Positions 20,565 through 30,988 of a stretch of DNA of 64,000 nucleotides are shown here, piece by piece; position 1 is the first letter of the stretch, and each line of letters opens with the position of its first letter. Both the position numbers and the translations under genes were made by a program. Source of the DNA: Candidatus Dormiibacterota bacterium (GTDB lineage Bacteria; Chloroflexota; Dormibacteria; Aeolococcales; Aeolococcaceae); assembly GCA_963709585.1 (NCBI GenBank), contig CAVPXI010000004.1, positions 300,918-364,917 on the forward strand, in the 5' to 3' direction. Below the pieces are notes generated by a model, which was not told the origin of the DNA, ran no database searches, and saw nothing but the letters and a program-made list of their open reading frames with translations.

Positions 20565-22133
20565 ATGCACCGCCGGCTGGCGTGCCTGGCTGTGGCGCTG
20601 CTGGTCTCCGGCTGCGGCTTCAGCGGGCTCGGCTCACCTCCGAACTACGGCTACGTCGTGATCACCGCGGGCGGAGTTGGCCTCCGCTCCGGCTCCCAGG
20701 ACGTGCCCCCCAACCTCAACCTCCGGCTCCACGCCACCGGCGCGGCTCTGCAGGCCTCGGACGTGACCGCGACCCTCGATGGGAACCAGCTCTCGCTCGC
20801 CACCCAGGATCAGGACCTGCTGGCGACGGTGAAGCCGCTGCCGCTCTCATCGAGCCACCACCTCTCGGTCGCGGTGGCGGGGATGAGCACCCAGAACTTC
20901 GCGTTCACGGTCATCTCGCCGACCGCCGCGATGCTCGCCGCCCACGTCGATCCTGCGAGTGGGCTGGTCGTCGATGCCGTCTTCGACGATGCTCCCGACC
21001 AGGCCGCAGTGGCCGCCGCTCTTCCCGGCGGGACGCTGACCTGGGTCGACGGAACCCATGCTCGGATCACCTGGAGCGCCAAGCCGCCGGCATCGATCGC
21101 GCTCCCCGCCACCATCGCCACCGCCGGCGGTGCACACCTGGACCCGGGCATCAGCCTTTCGCTCGTCGGCATTGCTCGTCACACCATCCGGCGGGTGACC
21201 GTGCCGCCGCCACCCCAGGTCGCGGGCATCCCGGTTGACGCGTTCGTGATCAACACCGGAGCGTCGAACTCGTCACTCGCCTTTCACCTCGGCGCGGTTG
21301 CGCAGGTGACCCCGACCGGTTGGCAGGCACAGGCGGACGGCTCGATCCTGGGCACTCCGGATCAGTCCGCGACCGGCCGTGCAGCTGTCGCGGGTCTGCC
21401 CATCTGGCCGTCGCTCGCCAACGACTTGACGAACCCGCCCGCCACCGACCAACTGCTCAACGATCCCAGCGCGACCAAGGTGCTCGTCAACGAGATGGTG
21501 GCCGCGATCCGCTACGACGGCTATCGCGGCATCAACCTCGACTTCGAGGGGATGCTCCCGACCGACAAGGCTCCGTTCACCGCGTTCGTGGAGCAGCTGG
21601 CGACTGCGCTCCATGCCCGAGGGGCCAAGCTGATCGTCGACGTGGTCCCCCACGACTTTGCCGGGGTCAATGCGTACTCCGCCGCATACGACATCGCCGC
21701 GATCGGCAAGGTGGCCGACTACGTGGATCTGATGGCCTACGACGAGCACGGCGATGGGGGAACGCCTGGGCCGGTGGCTGGTCTGGACTGGGACCGGGCG
21801 GTCCTGCAGGCGACCCTGCCGGATCTCAACCCCGCGCACGTCCTCCTCGGTGTTCCCCTCTACGGGCGCGCTTGGGGCAGCCTCGGCGGCGCGGCCGCAT
21901 ATTCGAACGTCATCTACAACGCGCTCTTGATACCCGGAGCTCGCGTCGACTACGACTTCAGCGCTCAGACCCCCTTCATCGTCTCCCCGGACGGCTCGCT
22001 CACCACCTACTTCGACGACCGGGACAGCCTGGCCCGCAAGGTCGCGCTGGTCCGGACCGACGGCCTCGCCGGGATCGCCGCCTGGCGGCTCGGTTTCGAG
22101 GACCCGGGCTTCTGGTCGCTCTTCCGCGCCTGA
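20565..22133 (+). CDS. GH18 glycosyl hydrolase lipoprotein
   Basis: lipobox VSGC; GINLDFEG, LMAYDEH, LGVPLYG, AWRLGFED. Confidence 0.88.
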   Translation: MHRRLACLAVALLVSGCGFSGLGSPPNYGYVVITAGGVGLRSGSQDVPPNLNLRLHATGAALQASDVTATLDGNQLSLATQDQDLLATVKPLPLSSSHHLSVAVAGMSTQNFAFTVISPTAAMLAAHVDPASGLVVDAVFDDAPDQAAVAAALPGGTLTWVDGTHARITWSAKPPASIALPATIATAGGAHLDPGISLSLVGIARHTIRRVTVPPPPQVAGIPVDAFVINTGASNSSLAFHLGAVAQVTPTGWQAQADGSILGTPDQSATGRAAVAGLPIWPSLANDLTNPPATDQLLNDPSATKVLVNEMVAAIRYDGYRGINLDFEGMLPTDKAPFTAFVEQLATALHARGAKLIVDVVPHDFAGVNAYSAAYDIAAIGKVADYVDLMAYDEHGDGGTPGPVAGLDWDRAVLQATLPDLNPAHVLLGVPLYGRAWGSLGGAAAYSNVIYNALLIPGARVDYDFSAQTPFIVSPDGSLTTYFDDRDSLARKVALVRTDGLAGIAAWRLGFEDPGFWSLFRA

Positions 22134-22159
22134 GCCGAGCTAGATCCCATAAGTTGTTG

Positions 22160-23362
22160 TCAAGCTAATCCGGCGCTGCCATGCGCCGGATCGAAGTCCT
22201 TGTCGCCGCGCCACACGCCCCAGACGATGGCGAGCGCCTTGCTCATGCAGTGACCAAGGGAGTTCATCGCTGACTTGCCCGCGGCCCGCTTGCGAGCGTA
22301 GTGGGCGCGGATGATCGGGTTGTGTTGCACGCCGACCACCGCCATCCGGTACGCCGCCGCACGCAGATACGAGTTGCCGGTCTTGGCCATGGTCCAGCTC
22401 GTCTCGGGGTTCGCACCCTTCTTCCCTGAACTCTGCTCCTTGGGATGCACGCCTGCGTAGGCGAGCAACTGGTCGACATCGCTGAAGCGCCAGATGTCGC
22501 CGATCTCGGCCATGAGTGTGGCCGCGGTGGACGGCCCGACACCGGGAATCGAGAGCAGCCGCTGCGACACCTCGCCGTCGAGCAGGGAGGCGACCCGGGT
22601 GTCCGCGCTGGCGATCTGCTGGTCGAGCAGGTCGTGCTGCGCAATCAGGAGGCGCATCTCGAACCCGACCTGCTGCGCGAGTTCCGGCGCAGCCACCGAG
22701 GTCTGAGCCAGCTGCTTGAGCTGGCCGGCCTTGAGCGGTCCGATCGCACGGCCACCACCGCCCGGACGCTTGAGCCGAGCCAGGCGGTCCTGGTGCATGC
22801 GCGCCACGGCCGCGGCGGTCGGCGCGTGGCGGAGCACCGCCAGGGCGCTCACGCAGGTCGGGTCGTCCCAGACCTCGCGCAGCTCAGGAAAGCCGATGTC
22901 CACCAACCGCTGGATGCGCTGGCAGACCTGGGCCTGCTCACGCACCAAACGCATCGCGAACCGCGCCGCCTCCTTGAGCTCGGCCCCCACCAGGGGCTCG
23001 CTGATCCGCGGCTGGTCGTGCGTTCCCAACGCCGCCAGTGTGCGCGCGTCGGCCGGGTCGCTCTTGCTCCGCTGCAGCCGGCTCTTGGCGAAGTACTTGG
23101 CCTGCAACGGGTTCACCACCGCCACCGGATACCCCTGGCGACGCAGGTGGCTGGCCAGGTTGAACCAGTAGTGGCCGCTCGATTCCATCACCACCACCTC
23201 GATCGGCGCTTCCTGCTTCGTCATCCACGCGTCCAGTTCGCCGAAGCCCTTGCGCTTGGTGGTGATGGTGAGCACCTTCCGATCCGCCTCGCGCTCACCC
23301 TGGCGACACACCGCCGCCGCGCACTTGTATGCCCCCACGTCGATCCCCACCGCCAGGCTCAT
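22160..23362 (-). CDS. IS110 DEDD recombinase/transposase
   Basis: GIDVG, MESSGHYW, KSDPADA, SIPGVG, QSSG; SD AGGAGG. Confidence 0.95.
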   Translation of the reverse strand: MSLAVGIDVGAYKCAAAVCRQGEREADRKVLTITTKRKGFGELDAWMTKQEAPIEVVVMESSGHYWFNLASHLRRQGYPVAVVNPLQAKYFAKSRLQRSKSDPADARTLAALGTHDQPRISEPLVGAELKEAARFAMRLVREQAQVCQRIQRLVDIGFPELREVWDDPTCVSALAVLRHAPTAAAVARMHQDRLARLKRPGGGGRAIGPLKAGQLKQLAQTSVAAPELAQQVGFEMRLLIAQHDLLDQQIASADTRVASLLDGEVSQRLLSIPGVGPSTAATLMAEIGDIWRFSDVDQLLAYAGVHPKEQSSGKKGANPETSWTMAKTGNSYLRAAAYRMAVVGVQHNPIIRAHYARKRAAGKSAMNSLGHCMSKALAIVWGVWRGDKDFDPAHGSAGLA

Positions 23363-23374
23363 ACGCACCTCCTG

Positions 23375-23575
23375 TGTCGGGTTGCGACCCCAGGGGTCCT
23401 CGCCTTGCTTCGTCGCCGCGTGGGCTGATGCTCCATCACCGGTCACCGCCGTCGGATCCCAATCACCGCTCGAAGACGAAGCACGAGGGCCGGTCACTAG
23501 CTCCATCGGTCCCGTCGCCGGATAGCTATGCGCCGGTCTCCCCGTCGAGGTCAGATTCCCCGCGATTCTGACCCT
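23375..23575 (-). ncRNA. putative IS110 bridge RNA (boundaries approximate)
   Basis: 5' hairpin GGTCAGA/TCTGACC; internal segments match element end (TGGGATC) and target flank (GAGCTAG). Confidence 0.7.
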
Positions 23576-23588
23576 GCCAGGAGATATA

Positions 23589-24119
23589 TCAGCTTTCGGA
23601 AGCGCCGGTCCCGAGATCGGGGAGGTTGAGGGTGTTGACCCAGTCGCGAATCTTGGCGAGCCGCTCCTCGCTCTCCGGATCCGTCTCGGTCAGGTCGCCG
23701 TCCTTGTCGGCCTCGGGGAGGACGCCGGCCTTGTCGAGCACCTCATCGGCGACGAAGATGCCCGCTCCGACCCGCACGGCGACGGCGATGGCATCCGAAG
23801 GTCGGGAGTTGATCTCCAGGCGGCGTCCGTCGACCTGCGCGAGGATCCGTGCGTAGAAGACCTCGTTGCTCAGGGATGTCACCACGATCCGCTCGACGGT
23901 GACCTCCACCGCGCTGAGCAGGTTGGCAAGCAGGTCGTGCGTGATCGGCCGCTCGGGGGTGATCCCGGTGATCTTCAGCGCGATCGCGTTGGCCTCATTG
24001 ATGCCGATCCAGATGGGCAGGTAGCGGTCGGCCGACTTTTCTTTGAGGATGACGACGTGCTGGCCGGTCGGCATGTGCACCCTGATGCTGTCGACGGTCA
24101 TTTCCACCAGGTCGGCCAT
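23589..24119 (-). CDS. bifunctional nuclease (DUF151)
   Basis: LPIWIG..EA, RPITHDL, FYARI, SRPSDAIA. Confidence 0.92.
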   Translation of the reverse strand: MADLVEMTVDSIRVHMPTGQHVVILKEKSADRYLPIWIGINEANAIALKITGITPERPITHDLLANLLSAVEVTVERIVVTSLSNEVFYARILAQVDGRRLEINSRPSDAIAVAVRVGAGIFVADEVLDKAGVLPEADKDGDLTETDPESEERLAKIRDWVNTLNLPDLGTGASES

Positions 24120-24186
24120 GCCTCGATCATAACCCCGGGAGTGCGCGAGCGAGGACATCCACGCCTCGCCGCTACCATGGATCGCT

Positions 24187-26958
24187 GTGGCTCGCGAGAC
24201 TTTGCTGCTGGTGGATGGGCACAACCTGGTGTACCGCGCCTTCCACGCGATGCCCGCGTTGAGCAACAGCCGGGGCGAGATGACCAACGCCGCGTATGGC
24301 TTCACGTCGATGCTCTTCAAGGCACTCAACGACACAACCCCGACGTATGCCATCGCCGCATTCGATCCCCCGGGACCGACCTTCCGGCACGAGAAGTTCG
24401 CCGAATACAAAGCGCAACGGTCGCGCGCGCCGGAGGAGCTCCGCGCCCAGTTTCCGTGGGCGCGTGAGGTCGTGGAAGCGCTCGGCATTCCGATCGTCGA
24501 GATCCCGACATTCGAAGCCGATGATGTCATCGGCACGCTGGCGCAGAAGGCAGAAGCCGCGGGACTTGACGTCATCATCCTCACCGGCGATCTCGACGTG
24601 CTCCAACTCGTGACCGAGCACATCCGGGTTTTCGCGAGTCGCCGCGGTCTCAGCGACACGATCATCTACGACGTCGACAAGGTTCGCGAACGCTACGGCT
24701 TCGAGCCGCCACTGGTCGTCGATTTCAAGGCGCTGCAAGGCGATCCGAGCGACAACATCCCCGGTGTCCCGGGCATCGGCGAGAAGACCGCAATGTCATT
24801 GGTGCAGCAGTACGGGCCACTCGAGAACGTGCTCGCTGCGGTGCCGACGATGCCGCCCGGGCGTGTTCAGCGCGCGCTGGAGAGCCACATGGAGCAGGCG
24901 CGGTTGAGCAAGTGGACGGCGACCATCAAGGTCGACATCGATGTCGACCTGCCACTGGAGGGCGCACGCCTCTTCAACTACGACGAGGCGGCAGTGCGCG
25001 AGTTGTTCGACCGCCTCGAGTTTCGCAGTCTGCTGCCGCGACTGCCCGGACGCGCGGTGGTCGACGGCGCGGCGCCGGCGTCCGCTACGCCGGCAAGCGA
25101 ACCAGCCCCGTTGCCCGGCGACCTGCAATCGCCGGCGACCGACGTCGAGACCGTCATCGACGCGCATCAAGCAGCCGACGCGATGCGGCGAGTTCGCGCA
25201 GCCGGCGCGATCGCGGTGCGCACCGTCGTTGACGGCAGCCCGAGGACCGGCGACATGATCGGCGTCGCCTTCGCGCCAAAGGGTGAGGACATCGCCTACT
25301 ACATGCCCGTGTGGCACGCCGGGCTGGAGCGCAATGCGGATCCGGCGGCAGTTACCGCACTGGAGGAGGTGCTTGCGGACAGCACGATTCCGAAGCGGGG
25401 GTACGACCTCAAGCGCGAGCTGCTCGCCTGGCGGCGGCGCGGCATCGCGATACAGGGGCTGCAGTTCGATGCCCTGCTCGCCGCCTACCTCACCAACTCG
25501 CGCCTCAAGGTTCCGACGCTGCCTGTCCTCGCGCACGACCTTGCGTTGCTGAGCGTCGAGGCCGAGGAGACGCTCCTCGGCAGCGGCCGTGGAAAGCGCG
25601 GGATCGCCGATGTTCCGGTGGAGGAGGCCGCCGCGTATTACGGCGTCTGGGTCGGCCTGCTCGACCCGGTGGGCGAGAAGTTGATTCGCGACATGGAGCG
25701 GGCGAACGCCACCCGGCTCCACGACACCATGGAGCTGCCGCTCGTGCCGATCCTCGCCGCGATGGAGATCGAGGGAGTCGCGGTTGACTGCGACCTCCTC
25801 GGGTCGATCAGCGCCGAGATGCACACACGGGTCACCGAGATAGAGCGCGAGGTCCAGGAGGTCGCCGGATACACGTTCAACCCCGGCAGCACCCAGCAAC
25901 TCGGACGCTTCCTCTACGACGACCTCGGCCTCGCCAGCGGGCGCAAGACCAAGACCGGACGCAGCACCGACGCCGACACGCTGGAAGCGCTGCGCGGCGA
26001 GCACCCGGTGGTCGACCAGATCCTGGAGTGGCGCCAGCTCACCAAGCTGAAGAGCACCTATGTCGATGCGCTGCCGTTGCTGTGCACTGCCGACTCGCGC
26101 GTGCACACATCCTTCAACCAGGCGGTGGCGACCACCGGCCGGCTGTCGTCGTCGGACCCGAACCTGCAGAACATCCCGGTGCGCACGCAGTGGGGTCAGC
26201 GAATCCGCCGCGCCTTCCATGCCGACAAGGGCCAGCGCCTGGTCAGTGCCGACTACTCCCAGGTGGAACTGCGCGTGCTCGCCCACGTGACCGGTGAGAC
26301 GGAGCTGATCGAGGCATTTCAGCGCGGTGAGGACATCCACCGGCGCACCGCCGCCGAGGTATATGCGGTCGCACCCGAGGCGGTGACGCCGGACATGCGC
26401 CGCATCGCCAAGGTGGTCAACTTCGGTGTGGTGTATGGGTTGAGCGACTTCGGGCTCGCCCGCGACACGGGCATGAGCCGCGAGGAAGCGCATGCGTTCA
26501 TCGATGCGTACTTCCGCAATTTCCCCGCAGTCACCGCGTACCTCGAAGGGGTGCGCAACCATGCCCGGGAGTACGGCTGGGTCGAGACCTTCATCGGCCG
26601 GCGCCGCTACATTGCGGACATTCGCGCCGCCAACCGGCAGCTGCGCTTCGCGGCCGAGCGCATGGCCGTGAATATGCCGATCCAGGGGGGCGCGGCCGAC
26701 ATCATGAAGCAGGCCATGATCCTCGTCGATGCGGCGCTGCGCGAGCGGGGGTTGCGCAGCCGGATCCTCCTCCAGGTGCACGACGAGCTCCTGCTCGAGG
26801 CGCCGGCGGAGGAGGTCGACGACCTGATCGTGCTCCTCCGGGATCGCATGGGCGCGGCCGAGGCACTCAAGGTGCCCCTCGACGTTGACGTCAAGGTCGG
26901 CGACAACTGGGGGGACATGACGCCCATTGCGAGGACTGAGGGTGCCCGAACTTCCTGA
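24187..26958 (+). CDS. polA: DNA polymerase I
   Basis: LLVDGH..YRAFHA, GDPSDNIPGVPGIGEKTA, TGRLSSSDPNLQNIP, DYSQVELR, QVHDEL. Confidence 0.98.
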   Translation: MARETLLLVDGHNLVYRAFHAMPALSNSRGEMTNAAYGFTSMLFKALNDTTPTYAIAAFDPPGPTFRHEKFAEYKAQRSRAPEELRAQFPWAREVVEALGIPIVEIPTFEADDVIGTLAQKAEAAGLDVIILTGDLDVLQLVTEHIRVFASRRGLSDTIIYDVDKVRERYGFEPPLVVDFKALQGDPSDNIPGVPGIGEKTAMSLVQQYGPLENVLAAVPTMPPGRVQRALESHMEQARLSKWTATIKVDIDVDLPLEGARLFNYDEAAVRELFDRLEFRSLLPRLPGRAVVDGAAPASATPASEPAPLPGDLQSPATDVETVIDAHQAADAMRRVRAAGAIAVRTVVDGSPRTGDMIGVAFAPKGEDIAYYMPVWHAGLERNADPAAVTALEEVLADSTIPKRGYDLKRELLAWRRRGIAIQGLQFDALLAAYLTNSRLKVPTLPVLAHDLALLSVEAEETLLGSGRGKRGIADVPVEEAAAYYGVWVGLLDPVGEKLIRDMERANATRLHDTMELPLVPILAAMEIEGVAVDCDLLGSISAEMHTRVTEIEREVQEVAGYTFNPGSTQQLGRFLYDDLGLASGRKTKTGRSTDADTLEALRGEHPVVDQILEWRQLTKLKSTYVDALPLLCTADSRVHTSFNQAVATTGRLSSSDPNLQNIPVRTQWGQRIRRAFHADKGQRLVSADYSQVELRVLAHVTGETELIEAFQRGEDIHRRTAAEVYAVAPEAVTPDMRRIAKVVNFGVVYGLSDFGLARDTGMSREEAHAFIDAYFRNFPAVTAYLEGVRNHAREYGWVETFIGRRRYIADIRAANRQLRFAAERMAVNMPIQGGAADIMKQAMILVDAALRERGLRSRILLQVHDELLLEAPAEEVDDLIVLLRDRMGAAEALKVPLDVDVKVGDNWGDMTPIARTEGARTS

Positions 26959-27766
26959 GGTGGAGACGGTCGCCCGCGATCTTCGCGTCGCGATCAACGG
27001 ACGGCGCATCGAGCACGTGACCGTCGACCGCCCCGACATCGTCCGCGTCCCCGACGGGCGGATGCTGCCCGGCTTGCTCACCGGGCAGCGTTTCGAGAAC
27101 GTGGATCGCCGGGGTAAGTACCTGCTGCTCGAGCTTGATTCCGGTGACGAGCTGATGGTGCATCTCGGGATGACCGGGCACCTGCTGGTCTGTGATGCGG
27201 ATGCCCCGGTCGCAAAGCACACTCACATCCGCGCCTCGCTGGACGACGGGAATGAGCTCCGTTTCGACGACGCGCGTCGCTTCGGCCGTGTGGCCTACGG
27301 TTCGCGCGAGGCGCTGACGGCTGCGCGGGTGCTGCCGAGGCTCGGCGTCGAACCGCTTTCCGATGCGTTCTCACAGGAGCGGCTCGATGCGGTATTGGGC
27401 AAAACGACGCGGACCGTGAAAGCCGCCCTGCTCGATCAGAAAGGTGTGGCTGGCCTCGGCAACATCTACATCGACGAGGCGTGTTTCCTCGCGGGCGTCC
27501 GGCCCACCCGGCGCTGCCATCGCCTGACGCGCCGCGAACGAGCAGCCCTGCTCGATGCCATCCCACGCGTGCTCACCGCAGCCGTCGCCAACCGGGGCAG
27601 CAGCGTCGACGACTACCGCGATGTCTGGAATGCGCGCGGGAGCAACCAGGAGCGCCTCCAGGTGTACGGGCGCGGCGGCCTGCCCTGCTTTGTGTGCGGC
27701 ACGACGCTGCGCCGCACCGTCACCGCCGGCCGCACCACCGTGTACTGCCCGCACTGCCAGCGATGA
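26942..27766 (+). CDS. mutM: formamidopyrimidine-DNA glycosylase
   Basis: PELPEVE, RRGKY, HLGMTG, GLGNIY, C-terminal Zn finger. Confidence 0.97.
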   Translation: MPELPEVETVARDLRVAINGRRIEHVTVDRPDIVRVPDGRMLPGLLTGQRFENVDRRGKYLLLELDSGDELMVHLGMTGHLLVCDADAPVAKHTHIRASLDDGNELRFDDARRFGRVAYGSREALTAARVLPRLGVEPLSDAFSQERLDAVLGKTTRTVKAALLDQKGVAGLGNIYIDEACFLAGVRPTRRCHRLTRRERAALLDAIPRVLTAAVANRGSSVDDYRDVWNARGSNQERLQVYGRGGLPCFVCGTTLRRTVTAGRTTVYCPHCQR

Positions 27767-28806
27767 CCCGGGTCACCATCGCGAGCTACGATGACGATCC
27801 ACCGCTCGGCGGGCAGGGCGTCGTCGTGCACGGCATGCGTGCTGCACTCGAGCGCCGCGGGGTGCGGGTGCACACCATCTCCGGCCGCGGCGAGCACGCG
27901 ATCGCGTTCGCGCGGCGGACCGGGCGGGCGCCGCTCGACTTCTCCATGGAGCTCAACCGATATCCGCGGATCCTGCTCCGCGCCGCGCCGGACGTGATCC
28001 ACGCTCAGGGCGGCCCCGGGGGCGTGCTGCTCTGGAAGCAGCTCGGTGCGCCGCTGGTGTACACGGCGCATCACACCTACCGTCAGGCGCACCGGCGCGG
28101 GTCGGTCAAGCGGTTGCTCAACGGCCTCGAGGCGCGCTCATACCGCGGTGCCGCGATGGTCCTCCCGGTCTCGCGTTCCACCGCGAACGCCCTGCTCGAG
28201 ATGGGAATCCCGGCAGCACGCATCGAAGTGCTCTCCAACGGTGTTGACGCGGTCGACCTCCCCGGCGTCGAACACGAGGACGGCCGGGTGTTGTTCGTCA
28301 GTCGCATGGAGCGCGAGAAGGGCGTGCTCGACGCGATCTCCGTGCTCCAAGCGCTCGCCGGCGCGGATCCGCGGGTGCACGGCGTCATGGTCGGGGGCGG
28401 CAGTCTCGAAGCCGACGTGCGCCGTGCGGCAGAATCGAGCCGGGGCAGGATCGAGTACCTGGGCGCGCTCGGTCGCGAAGCGCTCAACCACGAGTACGCG
28501 AGGGCTGCGATCGTGGTGATGCCCTCGCGGTTCGAGGGGCTGGGGATGGTCGCGCTGGAAGCCCAGGCCGCCGGGACGCCGGTCGTCGGCTTCGATGTCG
28601 ACGGGCTGCGTGACGCGGTCGGTGCCGGCGGGGTCCTGGTTCCCGCCGGCGACCTGCTCGCGCTGCGCGCCGCGGCGAGCGAGTTGCTCGCCGACCCCGC
28701 CCGTCGCGCCGAGGCGGGCGCGCGCGGACGTGAGGTCGTGCTCGCCGAGCACTCCTGGGACGCGATCGGCGCGCGCCTCGAGGAGATCTATCGCACCGTG
28801 ATCTGA
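27763..28806 (+). CDS. GT4 glycosyltransferase
   Basis: PSRFEGLGMVALEAQAAGTPVV. Confidence 0.9.
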   Translation: MTRVTIASYDDDPPLGGQGVVVHGMRAALERRGVRVHTISGRGEHAIAFARRTGRAPLDFSMELNRYPRILLRAAPDVIHAQGGPGGVLLWKQLGAPLVYTAHHTYRQAHRRGSVKRLLNGLEARSYRGAAMVLPVSRSTANALLEMGIPAARIEVLSNGVDAVDLPGVEHEDGRVLFVSRMEREKGVLDAISVLQALAGADPRVHGVMVGGGSLEADVRRAAESSRGRIEYLGALGREALNHEYARAAIVVMPSRFEGLGMVALEAQAAGTPVVGFDVDGLRDAVGAGGVLVPAGDLLALRAAASELLADPARRAEAGARGREVVLAEHSWDAIGARLEEIYRTVI

Positions 28807-28847
28807 GCCGAATTCGGCGGCAGTTCGGCAGCGACTAGACTCAAAGG

Positions 28848-30881
28848 GTGCCCGCCTTCGAGTTGCTCGCGCCCTTCGAACCCGCCGGTGATCAGCCCAC
28901 CGCCATCACGGCGCTCAACCGTGGGCTGACCGAGGGCCAGCGCGAGCAGATCCTGCTCGGGGTGACCGGGTCTGGCAAGACCTTCACCATCGCCAACGTG
29001 ATCGCCGAGCAGCAGCGTCCGACGCTGGTGCTCTCGCCCAACAAGACGCTCGCCGCCCAGCTCTGGGCGGAGTTCCGCGAGTTCTTCCCCAAGAACGCTG
29101 TGGAGTACTTCGTCTCGTACTACGACTTCTACCAGCCCGAGGCCTACATCCCGCGCACCGACACCTACATCGAGAAGGATTCGTCGCGCAACGACGAGAT
29201 CGACCGGTTGCGCAACAGCGCGACCCGCGCGCTGCTCACCCGGCGCGACGTGGTCGTGGTGGCTTCCATCTCGTGCATCTACGGCATCGGCTCGCCGGAG
29301 AACTACCTGGGCGAGTCGATCACCGTCAAGCGCGGCGAGTTGTGGCGCCGGGACATCCTGCTGCGCAAGCTCTCCGACCTGCAGTACGCGCGCAACGACA
29401 TGGACTTTGGACGCACGCGCTTTCGGGTGCGCGGCGACGTCGTCGACGTCCAGCCCGCGTATGAGGAGATCGCGACCCGCATCGAGTTCATGGGTGACAC
29501 CATCGAGTTGATCAAGGATTTCGATGCGCTCACCGGTGAGATCCTCACCATGCGCGACGAGCTGACGGTCTTTCCCGCCACCCACTACGTGACCCCCCAG
29601 GAGCAGATGGAACGAGCGCTCGTCTCCATCGAAGCTGAGCTCGAGGAGCGCGTGAAGCTGCTCGAAACCCGCGGGCGTCTGCTCGAGGCGCAGCGTCTGC
29701 GCCAGCGCACCAACTTCGACATGGAGATGATGCGCGAGACCGGCACCTGCGCCGGCATCGAGAACTACTCGCGTCACCTGAGCGGTCGCGCGGAGGGCCA
29801 GCGCCCGCACTGCCTGCTCGACTTTCTGCCCGACGATGCGCTCCTGATCGTCGATGAGTTGCACGTCGCGGTTCCCCAGATCGACGGCATGAACAAGGGG
29901 GATCGCGCTCGCAAGATTCCCCTGGTGGAGTATGGGTTTCGCCTTCCGTCGGCGCTCGACAACCGGCCCCTGACCTTCGCCGAGTGGGACTCGATGATCG
30001 GTCAGATCATCTACGTGAGCGCGACCCCCGGTCCGTACGAGGAAGGACGCGCGACCCAGGTGGTGGAGCAGATCATCCGGCCCACAGGCCTCGTCGATCC
30101 GACCATCGAGGTCAAGGAGTTGCACGGGCAGATCGACGATCTCATCGCCCAGATGCGACGGCGTATCGAGCGGCACGAACGCTGCCTCATCACCACGCTG
30201 ACCAAGAAGATGGCCGAGGACCTGACCGACTACCTGCGCGAGGCCGGGATCAAGGTGCGATACCTGCACAGCGATATCGACACGCTTGAACGCGTCGAGA
30301 TCATCCGCGACCTGCGCCTCGGGGTCTTCGACGTGCTGGTGGGTATCAATCTGCTCCGCGAGGGCCTCGACCTTCCCGAGGTGTCGTTCATCGGCATCCT
30401 CGACGCCGACAAGGAAGGCTACCTCCGCGGCTACCGGTCACTGATCCAGACCACCGGACGCGCCGCCCGTAACGTCCTCGGGCACGTGGTGATGTACGCC
30501 GACCGGATGTCGGACGCGATGGAGAAGGCGATCGCCGAGACCGACCGGCGCCGGGCGATCCAGGTCGCCTACAACGTCGAACACGACATCACGCCGCTCT
30601 CGATCGTCAAGGCCGTGTACCAGATGGAATCGCACCGCGATCAGCAGTCGCTCCGCGCCGCGGCATTCCAGGAGGCGTCCGGGTTGCCGCCCGATGAGGT
30701 GCTGCGCCTGGCCAAGGACGTGGAGAAGGAGATGCTTCGCGCGGCACGCGACCTCGAGTTCGAGCGCGCCGCGGAGCTGCGCGATCGCCTGGTCCAGTTG
30801 CGCCGCCGCCTCGAAGGGGAGGAGGAGCCGGAACCGGCGCAGACCCACCGCGGCAGGGGGCGCCCGGTCCACTCCCGATAG
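28848..30881 (+). CDS. uvrB: excinuclease ABC subunit B
   Basis: [37 protein letters not shown]. Confidence 0.98.
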   Translation: MPAFELLAPFEPAGDQPTAITALNRGLTEGQREQILLGVTGSGKTFTIANVIAEQQRPTLVLSPNKTLAAQLWAEFREFFPKNAVEYFVSYYDFYQPEAYIPRTDTYIEKDSSRNDEIDRLRNSATRALLTRRDVVVVASISCIYGIGSPENYLGESITVKRGELWRRDILLRKLSDLQYARNDMDFGRTRFRVRGDVVDVQPAYEEIATRIEFMGDTIELIKDFDALTGEILTMRDELTVFPATHYVTPQEQMERALVSIEAELEERVKLLETRGRLLEAQRLRQRTNFDMEMMRETGTCAGIENYSRHLSGRAEGQRPHCLLDFLPDDALLIVDELHVAVPQIDGMNKGDRARKIPLVEYGFRLPSALDNRPLTFAEWDSMIGQIIYVSATPGPYEEGRATQVVEQIIRPTGLVDPTIEVKELHGQIDDLIAQMRRRIERHERCLITTLTKKMAEDLTDYLREAGIKVRYLHSDIDTLERVEIIRDLRLGVFDVLVGINLLREGLDLPEVSFIGILDADKEGYLRGYRSLIQTTGRAARNVLGHVVMYADRMSDAMEKAIAETDRRRAIQVAYNVEHDITPLSIVKAVYQMESHRDQQSLRAAAFQEASGLPPDEVLRLAKDVEKEMLRAARDLEFERAAELRDRLVQLRRRLEGEEEPEPAQTHRGRGRPVHSR

Positions 30882-30949
30882 GCGGCTCTTCCGGAGCGAG
30901 GAGAGCCCAGCACACCTTCCGTGTAGCTTTCAGACGCGAACACACTCGC

Positions 30950-30979
30950 TTGACAGAGCGTACATCTGTTCGGTAGGAT
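30950..30979 (+). promoter_or_regulatory. sigma70 promoter of radA with LexA-box-like site in the spacer
   Basis: TTGACA-18-TAGGAT; CGTACATCTGTTCG at 30959-30972. Confidence 0.65.
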
Positions 30980-30988
30980 GCGTCGCCC

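Larger units (their letters stand above)
22142..23585 (-). mobile_element. IS110-family insertion sequence
   Basis: DEDD recombinase, ~220-nt 5' non-coding end, AGAT shared at both ends, no terminal IRs or TSD. Confidence 0.85.

Noticed and set aside
24796-27222. Long antisense ORFs (808 aa opposite polA and similar ones opposite uvrB, cysS, LAL)
   Set aside because: Shadow ORFs expected from high-GC codon bias; no protein motifs
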